Below are positions 55,695-64,000 of a stretch of DNA of 64,000 nucleotides, in pieces. The notes beneath the pieces are model-generated. The model had not been told where the DNA came from, did not search any database, and saw only the letters and a list, made by a program, of their open reading frames with translations. The position numbers and the translations under genes were made by a program. The stretch spans positions 102,919 to 166,918 of the forward strand of contig OX437086.1 in NCBI GenBank assembly GCA_949299565.1. Reading direction: 5' to 3'. How positions within the stretch are numbered: the stretch's first letter is position 1; every line of letters starts with the position of its first letter. Origin of the DNA: an uncultured Bacillota bacterium (lineage in GTDB: Bacteria; Bacillota_I; Bacilli_A; RFN20; CAG-826).

Positions 55695-57458
55695 ATGAAA
55701 GTTAAGGAATTGCCATCTTTAAAAAAGCGCAGCAAGAAAGTTTATGTATTTTTAGTTCTATACAGCATTCTCAGCCTTTTTATTGTCGTTGAATCAGCGT
55801 TGCCAGGCAGTGTCAGCGGGGCTCAATCTGGATTTTTCAGCGATATCATCGCGTATATCATCAATATTTTTACAGGTGGCCAGACGCCTTCTTTAGTAGA
55901 GCCAGAAACAATTGTTCTTGAAAGCGATTCTTCTTATTTAGGAGAGGGAAAAATCGCTTTGGGGTCCTCTTCACGTTTAACCTTTCGAATTGAATATCCA
56001 GAGGCCGATTCCTATCGACAAGATTTTGAAATTGAGCGAATAAAGGGAGGAGAAGGCGAATATCAACTTACGATCGGAAGCGCCGTTTTAGATAACAATT
56101 TACTTTATCAAACAGTTAATGTTATTGGACTAGAGGTTGGCGAATATCAATTCAATTTTCGAATGAATGAAGAACTGTTCTTGCCCTACTCTTTTTCTGT
56201 TGTTGATTTACCTGCTCCGGAAGATTTTGTCATCGGTGAAGTTCCAAATACCTTGAGCGTTGGCGAATCTTGTTACATTCCTCTTTATTTAACTGATCCG
56301 GACAACAAATTATCCGGCCGTTTAGACACGGAAAATATGAACGAAGAAGAAAGAAAAATTGCAGTTGATCACTATTTAAGAAGAATCTATGATCCGGAGA
56401 AATTAGATTCCCATATTCCTTCAGGGCTTTCTTTAACAAATGATGGAATTTTAACAGCAACGCAAAGCGGAACTTATAAATGCTGGATCGGTGATGAGAC
56501 TCATTCTTTTATAGTGAACGTAATAGATGACGGCATTGTTTCAGTTCCAACTGACTTCTCTTTAGAAACTAGCGGAAGAGCTTATCTTAATGATTACGAC
56601 TATTATTTAGAGGATGATTTTTATGGTTTCCGTCTTGATGGCGTCTTCTCTAATTCTTCTGATAATCAATTCGTCTCGTTCACGATTAAAAATGATGATA
56701 ATTCGTATGGACAATTAAGAAGAATCGACGCAAATTCTGTATATGTTTTAGGATATCGAAAATTAGGAACTATCGTTATTGAAGCCAGCAGTCCTTTAGA
56801 TTCATCAATTAAACATACAATTGAAGTGCAAGTAGAAGAGGCAATGCCTGAAAGTTTTTCTCTAAATATCGGATCTGAAGCAAATTTAGAAGTCGGCTCC
56901 TATCTTCGGGTGAATGGACTATTCTCTCCGCTTCAAACTGCTAATCGAGGATTAACCATAAGCGAAAATACTAACCCGGAAGTCGTTAGTATCAGCGGCA
57001 ATTCTTCTTCCACCATCACCATTAGAGGAGAAAAAGAAGGGACAACAACTTTAACTTTTATAAGCGCAGCCAATCCTTCTTTGAGCGCTAGGCTCACGCT
57101 AAATATAGAAAGCAGACACGTTATAAACGATGATAACGCCTCGTCGTTTCACCAATCGTTGAGGAAATTTATCGGCCATTTCTCACTTTTTGCCATTGAT
57201 GCTATCTTTGGTTTCTTCTTTTTCTTTTACTACTTAGAAGGCGATAAACGGCGTTGGTGGCTAACTCTTGCATCCGTATTGTTCCTCTCACTATTTATGG
57301 CAGGACTCACTGAATTATTACAGTTATTAGTGCCTGAACGTGGTCCTTCTTTCTACGATGCAGGTATCGACTTCCTTGGAGCTGTCTGTGGTTTAGTTTT
57401 AATTTTCTTAATTTATCTACTTATCTATTACATAAGAAGGAAAAAAGAGAAAAAGTAA
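55695..57458 (+). CDS. VanZ-like membrane protein with inserted extracellular Ig-like domains
   Basis: N-terminal TM + ESALPG..S..QS; C-terminal RK..GHF..F and TELLQ..VP.R.....D..ID..G; Big_2-like P....N....S.NP.V..I......G.KEGTTTLT segment. Confidence 0.75.
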   Translation: MKVKELPSLKKRSKKVYVFLVLYSILSLFIVVESALPGSVSGAQSGFFSDIIAYIINIFTGGQTPSLVEPETIVLESDSSYLGEGKIALGSSSRLTFRIEYPEADSYRQDFEIERIKGGEGEYQLTIGSAVLDNNLLYQTVNVIGLEVGEYQFNFRMNEELFLPYSFSVVDLPAPEDFVIGEVPNTLSVGESCYIPLYLTDPDNKLSGRLDTENMNEEERKIAVDHYLRRIYDPEKLDSHIPSGLSLTNDGILTATQSGTYKCWIGDETHSFIVNVIDDGIVSVPTDFSLETSGRAYLNDYDYYLEDDFYGFRLDGVFSNSSDNQFVSFTIKNDDNSYGQLRRIDANSVYVLGYRKLGTIVIEASSPLDSSIKHTIEVQVEEAMPESFSLNIGSEANLEVGSYLRVNGLFSPLQTANRGLTISENTNPEVVSISGNSSSTITIRGEKEGTTTLTFISAANPSLSARLTLNIESRHVINDDNASSFHQSLRKFIGHFSLFAIDAIFGFFFFFYYLEGDKRRWWLTLASVLFLSLFMAGLTELLQLLVPERGPSFYDAGIDFLGAVCGLVLIFLIYLLIYYIRRKKEKK

Positions 57459-57464
57459 AGAAGG

Positions 57465-58628
57465 TTATTTCTCAATTTTCTTCTTCGTTATTCTAAAGGT
57501 GATTTCCACCATTAAAAGCATTAAGACCATGAATGCCAAAAGATAAAGCGGAAGGAAAGAAAAACCGATTAAATTCGCTAAAAGACCGAAAAGAGGCGAA
57601 ATAAACGTCGTTCCCACATAAGCGCTGGCCATTTGAATGCCGATTATGGTTTCCGAATTTTCTTGACCAAAGTTTTTCGGAGTTGCATGGATGATGGAAG
57701 GATAAATAGGTGCGCACCCAAGTCCAATTATGACAAAGCCAGAAGAAGCAAGAATCAAAGAATCAAATGGTAAAAGCAAAATGATCACACCAATTATGGC
57801 AATGAGGCTGCCAAATAGAATCATTTTATGGTCTCCTAATTTGTTAGCAACGAAACCGCTGATAAATCTGCCACCAGTAATCCCAATATAAAATAAGGAG
57901 GCTAATTGAGCGGCATTCTCAATTGTTGCCCCCTTCACTTCAACAAAATAGGTGCTAGCCCACTGCATGGCTGTCGCTTCAGCTGCACAATAAGCGAAAA
58001 AGCCAATCAAAAGAAATAAAACTCCTTTGATTTTTAAAGCTGACAAAAGTCCTACGCTTTTCTTTTTTTCTTCTTTTTCCTTTTTATTAACTTTCCAAAC
58101 AGGAAGCGTGGCTAAAAGAAAAATCCCTATTCCTAATTGAATAAATCCGACAATGCGATAACCGCTGTTCCAATTCAAATTCTCGAGTGAATAGCCCATG
58201 ATAAAGGGACTTATAATCGCTCCCAGACCCCAAAAGCAATGAAGCCAACTCATGTGGCGCGATGAATAATGAAGAGCGACATAATTGTTCAAAGCTGCAT
58301 CAACCGCCCCGGCCCCTAAGCCATACGGGATGGCAAAAACAATTAGCATCCAGAATTCATTGGCGAACGAAAAACCAAAAAGAGCTAATGCGGTGAGAAA
58401 AACACTGACGACAGTCACGATCCTTGTGCCAAATCTATTGATCAATTTGCTGGAAAAAAGGCTTGAGACAATTGTTCCTCCGGAAATAACCATTGAAACA
58501 ATGCCCATGAATGAAGAAGAAACACCTAAATCTACACTCATGGCAGGCCATCCAGAGCCTAATAAAGAGTCGGGAAGCCCAAGACTTAAGAAAGATAGAT
58601 AGATTATGACGAGCAAAAAAGAATACAT
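57465..58628 (-). CDS. MFS transporter
   Basis: 12 TM, LGLPDSLLG, GLGAGAVDAALN, WLHCFWG.G, G.APIYP. Confidence 0.9.
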   Translation of the reverse strand: MYSFLLVIIYLSFLSLGLPDSLLGSGWPAMSVDLGVSSSFMGIVSMVISGGTIVSSLFSSKLINRFGTRIVTVVSVFLTALALFGFSFANEFWMLIVFAIPYGLGAGAVDAALNNYVALHYSSRHMSWLHCFWGLGAIISPFIMGYSLENLNWNSGYRIVGFIQLGIGIFLLATLPVWKVNKKEKEEKKKSVGLLSALKIKGVLFLLIGFFAYCAAEATAMQWASTYFVEVKGATIENAAQLASLFYIGITGGRFISGFVANKLGDHKMILFGSLIAIIGVIILLLPFDSLILASSGFVIIGLGCAPIYPSIIHATPKNFGQENSETIIGIQMASAYVGTTFISPLFGLLANLIGFSFLPLYLLAFMVLMLLMVEITFRITKKKIEK

Positions 58629-58732
58629 AGGCCGGTGACATTATAACTATTTGTATTCTAGATAGGCAGATAACTATCCAGCGTCAAATTATCTAACGCA
58701 TATTTTTATATCGCCCAACTCAATTAAATAAA

Positions 58733-59170
58733 TCATTTGGGCGTAACAAGCTTTTTATCAACTTTTAACCTAATGGCATTGGATGTTGAAATAGTCATGT
58801 CATAGGAATGTTCTGGAGAATCGTAATCTAAGTAAATTGTGACAAACGAGGAAAACGTATTGTGCTCATCAACAATTTCTCCGTCCACGATTAAATAGTG
58901 GTGATACCACCCGGCATACCCAACAACTGCAACGCCATCAACATCGTATTCTCTTAGCCGCAAAAACAATGATCCAATAGCCAAAAAAACCGAAACAACA
59001 GAAACAATGGAATTGATATAAATAATAATCGGAGAAATAAAAATCGTGACTTCATTGTCTGAATTAATAAGAATAAGCAAAATAGAAAAAGTCAAAGTGC
59101 TAAAGATAAAAATAAGCCAATATAAAGCGCGATTAAGTTCGATAAATGTTCTAAGATTTTTTACATTCAC
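58733..59170 (-). CDS. Hypothetical membrane protein (2 TM + small beta domain)
   Basis: Two TM helices then YAGWYHHYLIVDGEIVDEH; GTG start with AGGAAG RBS. Confidence 0.6.
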   Translation of the reverse strand: MNVKNLRTFIELNRALYWLIFIFSTLTFSILLILINSDNEVTIFISPIIIYINSIVSVVSVFLAIGSLFLRLREYDVDGVAVVGYAGWYHHYLIVDGEIVDEHNTFSSFVTIYLDYDSPEHSYDMTISTSNAIRLKVDKKLVTPK

Positions 59171-59243
59171 TTTAACGCTTCCTGTCTTTCATTTTATTGT
59201 ACCCCCACGAAAATAACAACTGAATTCAGGCTTTGCTGTTAAT

Positions 59244-59275
59244 AAAACGAAAAAGCAACGCGCTGGGCGTGCTTT
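59244..59275 (-). terminator. Probable intrinsic terminator after rlmD
   Basis: Imperfect AAAGC.ACGC-N5-GCGTGCTTT stem with a minus-strand T tract. Confidence 0.5.
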
Positions 59276-59310
59276 CATAATCATCAAAGCCTTTTAAAAG
59301 TACTTTAAAA

Positions 59311-60675
59311 CTATTGCGGCAACTTCCGTTTCAATGCCACCAATGTTTCAACATGATGCGTGTACGGGAACATATCAAAAGGCTGAACAAGATCAACATC
59401 ATATTTTTCTAAGAGACTCACTAAATCACGCCCAAGCGTTTTAGGATCGCAAGAAACATAAATTACCTTTTCAGGCATAAGAGTCAAAACGGCTTTTAGA
59501 AACTCTTCCGTTGTTCCTTTTCTTGGCGGGTCTAAGATAATCGCACCATAATTTGCTTTCTTCTGCGTTTCTTTCATGATGAATTCTGTGGAATCCATGA
59601 CAAACGGCGAGAAAGAGGAAATTCCGTTAATTTGAGCTGCATATTTTGCGTCCGCCACTGCCTCTTCCATGATTTCAACCGCGATGACATTATGCCCTTC
59701 AGAAGCTAAGGAAAGGCCGATTGTTCCAATCCCGGAATATGCATCAAGTATTTTCTTTCCCTTGATATCCTCTACTTCTTTTAACAATGAATTCACCAAA
59801 AGTTCCGCGACCGCATGATTAGTCTGAAAAAAAGATTGAGGAGAAAGACGGAACTTTAAACCATGAAAATCCTCATCGAGATATCCTTTGCCCCAAAGAC
59901 ATTTATTTGTTTTGCCTAAAACAACATTTGTCTTTTGGTCATTAAGATTTAAAAGACATGTTTCAATGTCTTTGTCTTTTTTTAATTCGCTGATGAATTG
60001 TTCAGGCAAACGATAAGATAAATCATTAACCACCAAAACAAGCATCGCTTTGTTTCGGCTGGAGATGCGCACCAAAGCGTGCCTTAAATATCCAGTTCCA
60101 TTTTCTTCATCATATGGAGCAATTCGATACTTATTTACTAAATAATTCAGAGATTTTAAGATGCGTTTCGCCAACGCCATTTCAGTAACGCAATTTTCAT
60201 TTTCGATAATTTCATGCGTGTTTTCGCGGTAAAAACCTGAAATTGCTTTTCGGCGATAACGATCATAGCCAAATGGAACTTGAATTTTGTTGCGGCCAAC
60301 TGTATTTGGAGCAGAAACAACATCTTTCACATCAAAATGCCTTGAGGTATGAAAGAAAAGTTGTTCTTCAACCACTCTCTTTTTAAAGAGCAATTGCTCA
60401 TCGTATGAAAGGCCGTCGAGCGAGCAGCCGCCGCAAGCATTATGAACCGGACAAAGAGGAGGAACGCGTTTTTCGCTCATCTTAAAAAGATGTTTGATTT
60501 TCCCGTAATAAAGACCATTTCGCTTATAAAGAACTTCAACGTCAGCTTCTTCGCCGACAAAAAGCCCTTTAACAAGTATCTTTTCTTTTTCAGGCGTCAA
60601 CAAAACGCCCTTCCCTTCAAAAGAAAGGGAACTACAAACGCCGTGATAGAACTTTAAGTCGCGCTCTTTCTTCAT
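59311..60675 (-). CDS. rlmD: 23S rRNA (uracil1939-C5)-methyltransferase, TrmA family
   Basis: TRAM, C..CGGC Fe-S, SFFQTN, DAYSGIG, DPPRKG, YVSC, DMFPYT.HVE. Confidence 0.92.
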   Translation of the reverse strand: MKKERDLKFYHGVCSSLSFEGKGVLLTPEKEKILVKGLFVGEEADVEVLYKRNGLYYGKIKHLFKMSEKRVPPLCPVHNACGGCSLDGLSYDEQLLFKKRVVEEQLFFHTSRHFDVKDVVSAPNTVGRNKIQVPFGYDRYRRKAISGFYRENTHEIIENENCVTEMALAKRILKSLNYLVNKYRIAPYDEENGTGYLRHALVRISSRNKAMLVLVVNDLSYRLPEQFISELKKDKDIETCLLNLNDQKTNVVLGKTNKCLWGKGYLDEDFHGLKFRLSPQSFFQTNHAVAELLVNSLLKEVEDIKGKKILDAYSGIGTIGLSLASEGHNVIAVEIMEEAVADAKYAAQINGISSFSPFVMDSTEFIMKETQKKANYGAIILDPPRKGTTEEFLKAVLTLMPEKVIYVSCDPKTLGRDLVSLLEKYDVDLVQPFDMFPYTHHVETLVALKRKLPQ

Positions 60676-60676
60676 C

Positions 60677-62290
60677 TTAGGCAGCGGCTTTTGCATGAGG
60701 CACCAGCATTATGTTTTTAATGTAATCAATTTCTTTTGCAGTTTCTAAACGCGGAAACAATGGATTGCCCTTCTTGATTTGTAAGCCGGACAAAACACCA
60801 ATTTGCTTTAAATTCTCAAATTTTTGAAATTCGTCAGAAACTCCTAATTGTTCTAAAAGCTCTGGCGCTTTGGTTACAAGAACCGGCGAAAGAAGTAGAC
60901 CCGCTACAAAAAGAACATGCGCCACTAAAGACAAACAAGTTTCAAGTTCTTCTTTTTTCGTTTCATCTTTTGCCAAGGACCAAGGAGCTGATTCGGCTAA
61001 ATATTTATTGCCGGCATCGACTAAAGCCATGACGATCGCTTGCGCTTCACTGAGTTTTAAACTATCCATCAAGCTTTCGTATTTATCGATGGTGCTGGAA
61101 ATCAAGGAAATCAGTTGGCTATCCAATTCGTTATGCGCACCAGAAAATTGCGGAATAATCCCCGCAAAATATTTATCGATCATCGCTAAACTACGATTTA
61201 ACAGGTTCCCGAGACTATTAGCCAAATCAGCGTTAATCCGCTCTACAAATTGTTCTGGAGTAAATTCGCCATCCTGTCCAAAAACAATTTCACGGGCTAA
61301 ATACCAGCGGACGGCATCGACGCCATAACGCTCAACCATCGGTACTGGCGGAATCACGTTTCCTTTGCTTTTTGACATCTTGCCTTCTTTTGTCATCATC
61401 AGGCCATGCACGAAAATCGTATTTGGTTCTCTCAAATTCAAGGCCTTCAAAAACATCGGCCAATAGATAACATGGAAACGCGTAATGTCCGCGCCTATTA
61501 AATGGACGATCTCAGTATCGGGATCATTCCAAAATTTTTGGAAAAGGCTGTCATCTTTTTGTCGGTAGCCTAAGGCACTTAAATAATTTGCAAGAGCGTC
61601 AAGCCAAACGTAGATAACGTGTCCTGGTGCTTCTTTAATCGGAATTCCCCAATCAAAGCTTGTGCGTGTCACGCAAAGATCGCTTAAGCCCGGTTTGATG
61701 AAATTATTAATCATCTCAGTTTTACGGCCCTCAGGAACAACAAACATGGGGTGTTCTTTGTAATAATCTAAGAGAAAGTCTACATATTTTTGGCATCGGA
61801 AAAAATAAGCGCCTTCTTTTTTCTCTTCAACTGGTCGATGGCATTCAGGGCAAAGATGCCCGTCTAAAAGTTGCGTTTCCGCCCAATAAGTCTCTTCGTG
61901 AACACAATACCAGCCCTTATATTCTGAAAGATAAACATCGCCTTGCTTTAAAAAATCAGAAAAAATAGATTGAACAGTTTCAACATGTCTTTTTTCTGTT
62001 GTTCTAATAAAATCATCATTTGAAATTTTAAGCAATGACCAGAGGTTTTTGAATTCTTTCGCTTCTTCGTCCACGAATGCTTGCGGAGTCATTCCTTGCG
62101 CCATCGCGTTTTTTGCAATCTTTTCTCCGTGTTCGTCTAATCCAGTTAGGAAAAATGTTTCATAGCCCCTCAAGGCTTTGCTGCGCTTAAGAATGTCCGC
62201 CATGACTGTACAATAACCATGTCCTAAATGTGGAGCGGCGCTCGGGTAATAAATGGGTGTGGTGATATAGAACTTTTTCTTTTGAGACAT
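60677..62290 (-). CDS. metG: Methionine--tRNA ligase (short form, no C-terminal OB domain)
   Basis: YITTPIYY, HLGH, TGLDEHG, YVWLDAL, KMSKS, LFPR. Confidence 0.95.
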   Translation of the reverse strand: MSQKKKFYITTPIYYPSAAPHLGHGYCTVMADILKRSKALRGYETFFLTGLDEHGEKIAKNAMAQGMTPQAFVDEEAKEFKNLWSLLKISNDDFIRTTEKRHVETVQSIFSDFLKQGDVYLSEYKGWYCVHEETYWAETQLLDGHLCPECHRPVEEKKEGAYFFRCQKYVDFLLDYYKEHPMFVVPEGRKTEMINNFIKPGLSDLCVTRTSFDWGIPIKEAPGHVIYVWLDALANYLSALGYRQKDDSLFQKFWNDPDTEIVHLIGADITRFHVIYWPMFLKALNLREPNTIFVHGLMMTKEGKMSKSKGNVIPPVPMVERYGVDAVRWYLAREIVFGQDGEFTPEQFVERINADLANSLGNLLNRSLAMIDKYFAGIIPQFSGAHNELDSQLISLISSTIDKYESLMDSLKLSEAQAIVMALVDAGNKYLAESAPWSLAKDETKKEELETCLSLVAHVLFVAGLLLSPVLVTKAPELLEQLGVSDEFQKFENLKQIGVLSGLQIKKGNPLFPRLETAKEIDYIKNIMLVPHAKAAA

Positions 62291-62337
62291 CGTAAAACCT
62301 CGTGGAAATTGTAGCATCATATAGAAATTATTTTAAT

Positions 62338-62361
62338 AAAAGAAAACCGCCTCTCGGCGGT
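62338..62361 (-). terminator. Intrinsic terminator after rpmE
   Basis: ACCGCC-N4-GGCGGT followed by TTTCTTTT on the minus strand. Confidence 0.8.
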
Positions 62362-62371
62362 AAATCTTCTC

Positions 62372-62584
62372 TTACTTTTTATGAGCTTTAGCAAGCTTCC
62401 GATTAAATTTATCAATCGTGCCATCAGCCATAACAGTCCGTTGCTTACCAGTATAGAACGGGTGGCAGTTGCTGCAGGTATCGACTTTGATCTCATTGAG
62501 GACTGAACCGGTTTTGAAGGTATTGCCGCAAGAGACGCAAGTCACTGTGCACTCATGATATTCCGGATGAATATCTTTTTTCAT
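62372..62584 (-). CDS. rpmE: 50S ribosomal protein L31 (zinc-binding type)
   Basis: MKKDIHPEY, CVSCG, CSNCHPFYTGKQ; AAAGGAG RBS. Confidence 0.96.
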   Translation of the reverse strand: MKKDIHPEYHECTVTCVSCGNTFKTGSVLNEIKVDTCSNCHPFYTGKQRTVMADGTIDKFNRKLAKAHKK

Positions 62585-62632
62585 TTCCAACTCCTTTCGC
62601 CTTATGAATATATTCATAAAGAGAGCGGCTCT

Positions 62633-62661
62633 AATTTACATGAATCTCTATTTATTTGCAA
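62633..62661 (-). promoter_or_regulatory. Sigma-A promoter of rpmE
   Basis: TTGCAA-N17-TAAATT on the minus strand. Confidence 0.5.
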
Positions 62662-62670
62662 TGAAAGTTT

Positions 62671-63996
62671 TTAGTTTCTTTGATCTTCTTCCTCTTCTTC
62701 CTTCTTTCGGTAAACAGCCAGTTTCTCAACTGTTTGATTAGGCCCGAGGGACAATACTTTCAATTCTAGATTTTCAAATTCGATGACGCTTCCAACATCC
62801 GCGAAATGATCGTCCAAAAGTTCGATGCAATATCCGCCAATCGTATTGTACTCGGTATCAATTTCTTCAAAATTCAAATTGAAGAAGGAGCAAAAATCTT
62901 CTAACGAAAGTCCGCCATCAACGATATAACTTCCATCGCTCCGCTTGCTGAACATTGTTTCGCGTTCATCGTTCTCATCATAAATTTCGCCAACAATTTC
63001 TTCGATTATGTCTTCTTTAGAAATAAGGCCTTCAACTCCCCCATATTCGTCGATGACGAGAGCCAAATGTTCTTTTTCATCGCGGAAAGTTTTCAAAATA
63101 TCGTTGACTTCGCTCGAACGCGGAAAGCGCAAAAGTGGATGTAAGAGCCTGTCGATGACGATTGGCCGTTTGTTTAAGTGTAGAAGCATCAAATCTTTCG
63201 TCAGAATATAACCTTTAATGTCGTCAATTGTTCCTTGGTAAACAGGCAAACGACTATAAGAAAGCAAATCGGAATTTTCTAAAATCTTCTCAACATCTTC
63301 ATCATAATCAATGGCCATAATGTCAACGCGAGGCGTCATCACTTCATACGCTTCTGTATGGGTATAACGAATTGTTTCATGAAGAATTGTCGCCCGATGT
63401 TCATCAACTACGCCTTGCGTTTTGATCGCGTCGACCATCGCATGCAAATCATCCTCAGAGATTTGAATTTCCTTGATGCTCTTCGTTAGAGGCCAAGACA
63501 CCACTTTTCCAAAGGTCGAAACCAAATATGTAATCGGCAAGAAAATGTAGCCTAAAATATTGATTACCGGCGCATATAAAATGGAAAGTTTCAAATTCTT
63601 AATTTTCCCATAGGATTTTGCAAGGATTTCTCCAAATGTAATCTTGACTATTAAACAAATCATCGAAGCGACAAAACCCCACAGTTCCGCTTGAGAATTT
63701 CCTGCTCCTAAAGCAAGGCTCGCCAATGTTACGCCTAAAAGAGTCGATACCGAGTCAAGCCCGGCATTGACTGTGTCGTTAAGCAAGAGGATTGTAGAAA
63801 TTGTTTTATCATATCCTTTGCTTAATTTGATGGCGGTTTTGACCGATTTTCGTTCACGAACTGCCAATTCGTTCTCTAATTTAAAAAGCGGAACAGAGCC
63901 ATAAACCATATCTGAGCTAGAGAAAAAGAAAGAAAGACCTAAAAGAATGACAAGGACAATAGAATAAACAATCGTGAGAATAATATCCCCGCTCAT
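62671..63996 (-). CDS. CNNM (DUF21)-CBS-CorC_HlyC family membrane protein (CorB/MpfA-like)
   Basis: FFSSSD, FGEILAK, MTPRVDI, SRLPVY, VIDEYGG..GL...EDIIEEIVGEI.DE, TIGG. Confidence 0.9.
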   Translation of the reverse strand: MSGDIILTIVYSIVLVILLGLSFFFSSSDMVYGSVPLFKLENELAVRERKSVKTAIKLSKGYDKTISTILLLNDTVNAGLDSVSTLLGVTLASLALGAGNSQAELWGFVASMICLIVKITFGEILAKSYGKIKNLKLSILYAPVINILGYIFLPITYLVSTFGKVVSWPLTKSIKEIQISEDDLHAMVDAIKTQGVVDEHRATILHETIRYTHTEAYEVMTPRVDIMAIDYDEDVEKILENSDLLSYSRLPVYQGTIDDIKGYILTKDLMLLHLNKRPIVIDRLLHPLLRFPRSSEVNDILKTFRDEKEHLALVIDEYGGVEGLISKEDIIEEIVGEIYDENDERETMFSKRSDGSYIVDGGLSLEDFCSFFNLNFEEIDTEYNTIGGYCIELLDDHFADVGSVIEFENLELKVLSLGPNQTVEKLAVYRKKEEEEEDQRN

Positions 63997-64000
63997 AATT

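Noticed and set aside
55695-57458. Vancomycin/teicoplanin resistance cluster
   Set aside because: Only a VanZ-like domain is present; no vanHAX or vanRS.
62291-62337. T-box or S-box riboswitch upstream of metG
   Set aside because: Too short, with TACAAT close to the SD and no T-box consensus.
62671-63996. Hemolysin virulence factor
   Set aside because: The DUF21-CBS-CorC architecture is a widespread Mg2+/metal homeostasis family; the hemolysin label is historical.
1-64000. Genetic code 4 (UGA=Trp), suggested by Mollicute-like features
   Set aside because: Conserved genes are full length under code 11, and TGA acts as a stop in ATGA overlaps (tmk/holB, prfA/prmC, the two ABC ATPases).
1-64000. 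CRISPR array, tRNA/rRNA, IS, integrase or prophage
   Set aside because: No spaced direct repeats, RNA gene motifs or transposase/integrase/phage ORFs were recognised by eye.

Overview
Chromosomal backbone of an AT-rich, low-GC Firmicute (Bacillota) using genetic code 11. Several traits are Mollicute-like: ClpB without an N-domain, CIRCE upstream of clpB, coiled-coil inserts in OppD/OppF, and many Ser-tethered lipoproteins. This suggests an uncultured Bacilli/Erysipelotrichia-related gut lineage (inference only). Gene order: secA 5' end, comFC-comFA, rpiB-tsaC-prmC-prfA, dnaX-ybaB-recR-tmk-holB-ricT-rsmI, then a nucleotidase-patatin-RluA-YfhO operon. Next come a GH2-HAD-[arginine decarboxylase::agmatine deiminase fusion]-aguB putrescine operon and hsp20 with a double CIRCE. 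A ~16 kb locus follows, in which an atypical Opp transporter (apparently circularly permuted OppA) is bracketed by two M6-like metalloprotease lipoproteins and a large acidic lipoprotein. The rest of the window holds a PIN-domain protein divergent from an unannotated 46-aa acidic ORF, clpB, MATE, DedA, a TetR-linked ABC system with two asymmetric ATPases, a degenerate AAA_14-like protein, a VanZ split by Ig-like domains, MFS, rlmD, metG, rpmE and a CNNM/CBS protein. No rRNA, tRNA, CRISPR, prophage or IS was seen. The most notable signals are the protease+Opp peptide-harvesting locus, strong lysine depletion in extracytoplasmic domains, the SpeA-AguA fusion, apparent widespread leaderless transcription, and two unannotated small ORFs. 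All calls come from motif recognition by eye; no database search was run.
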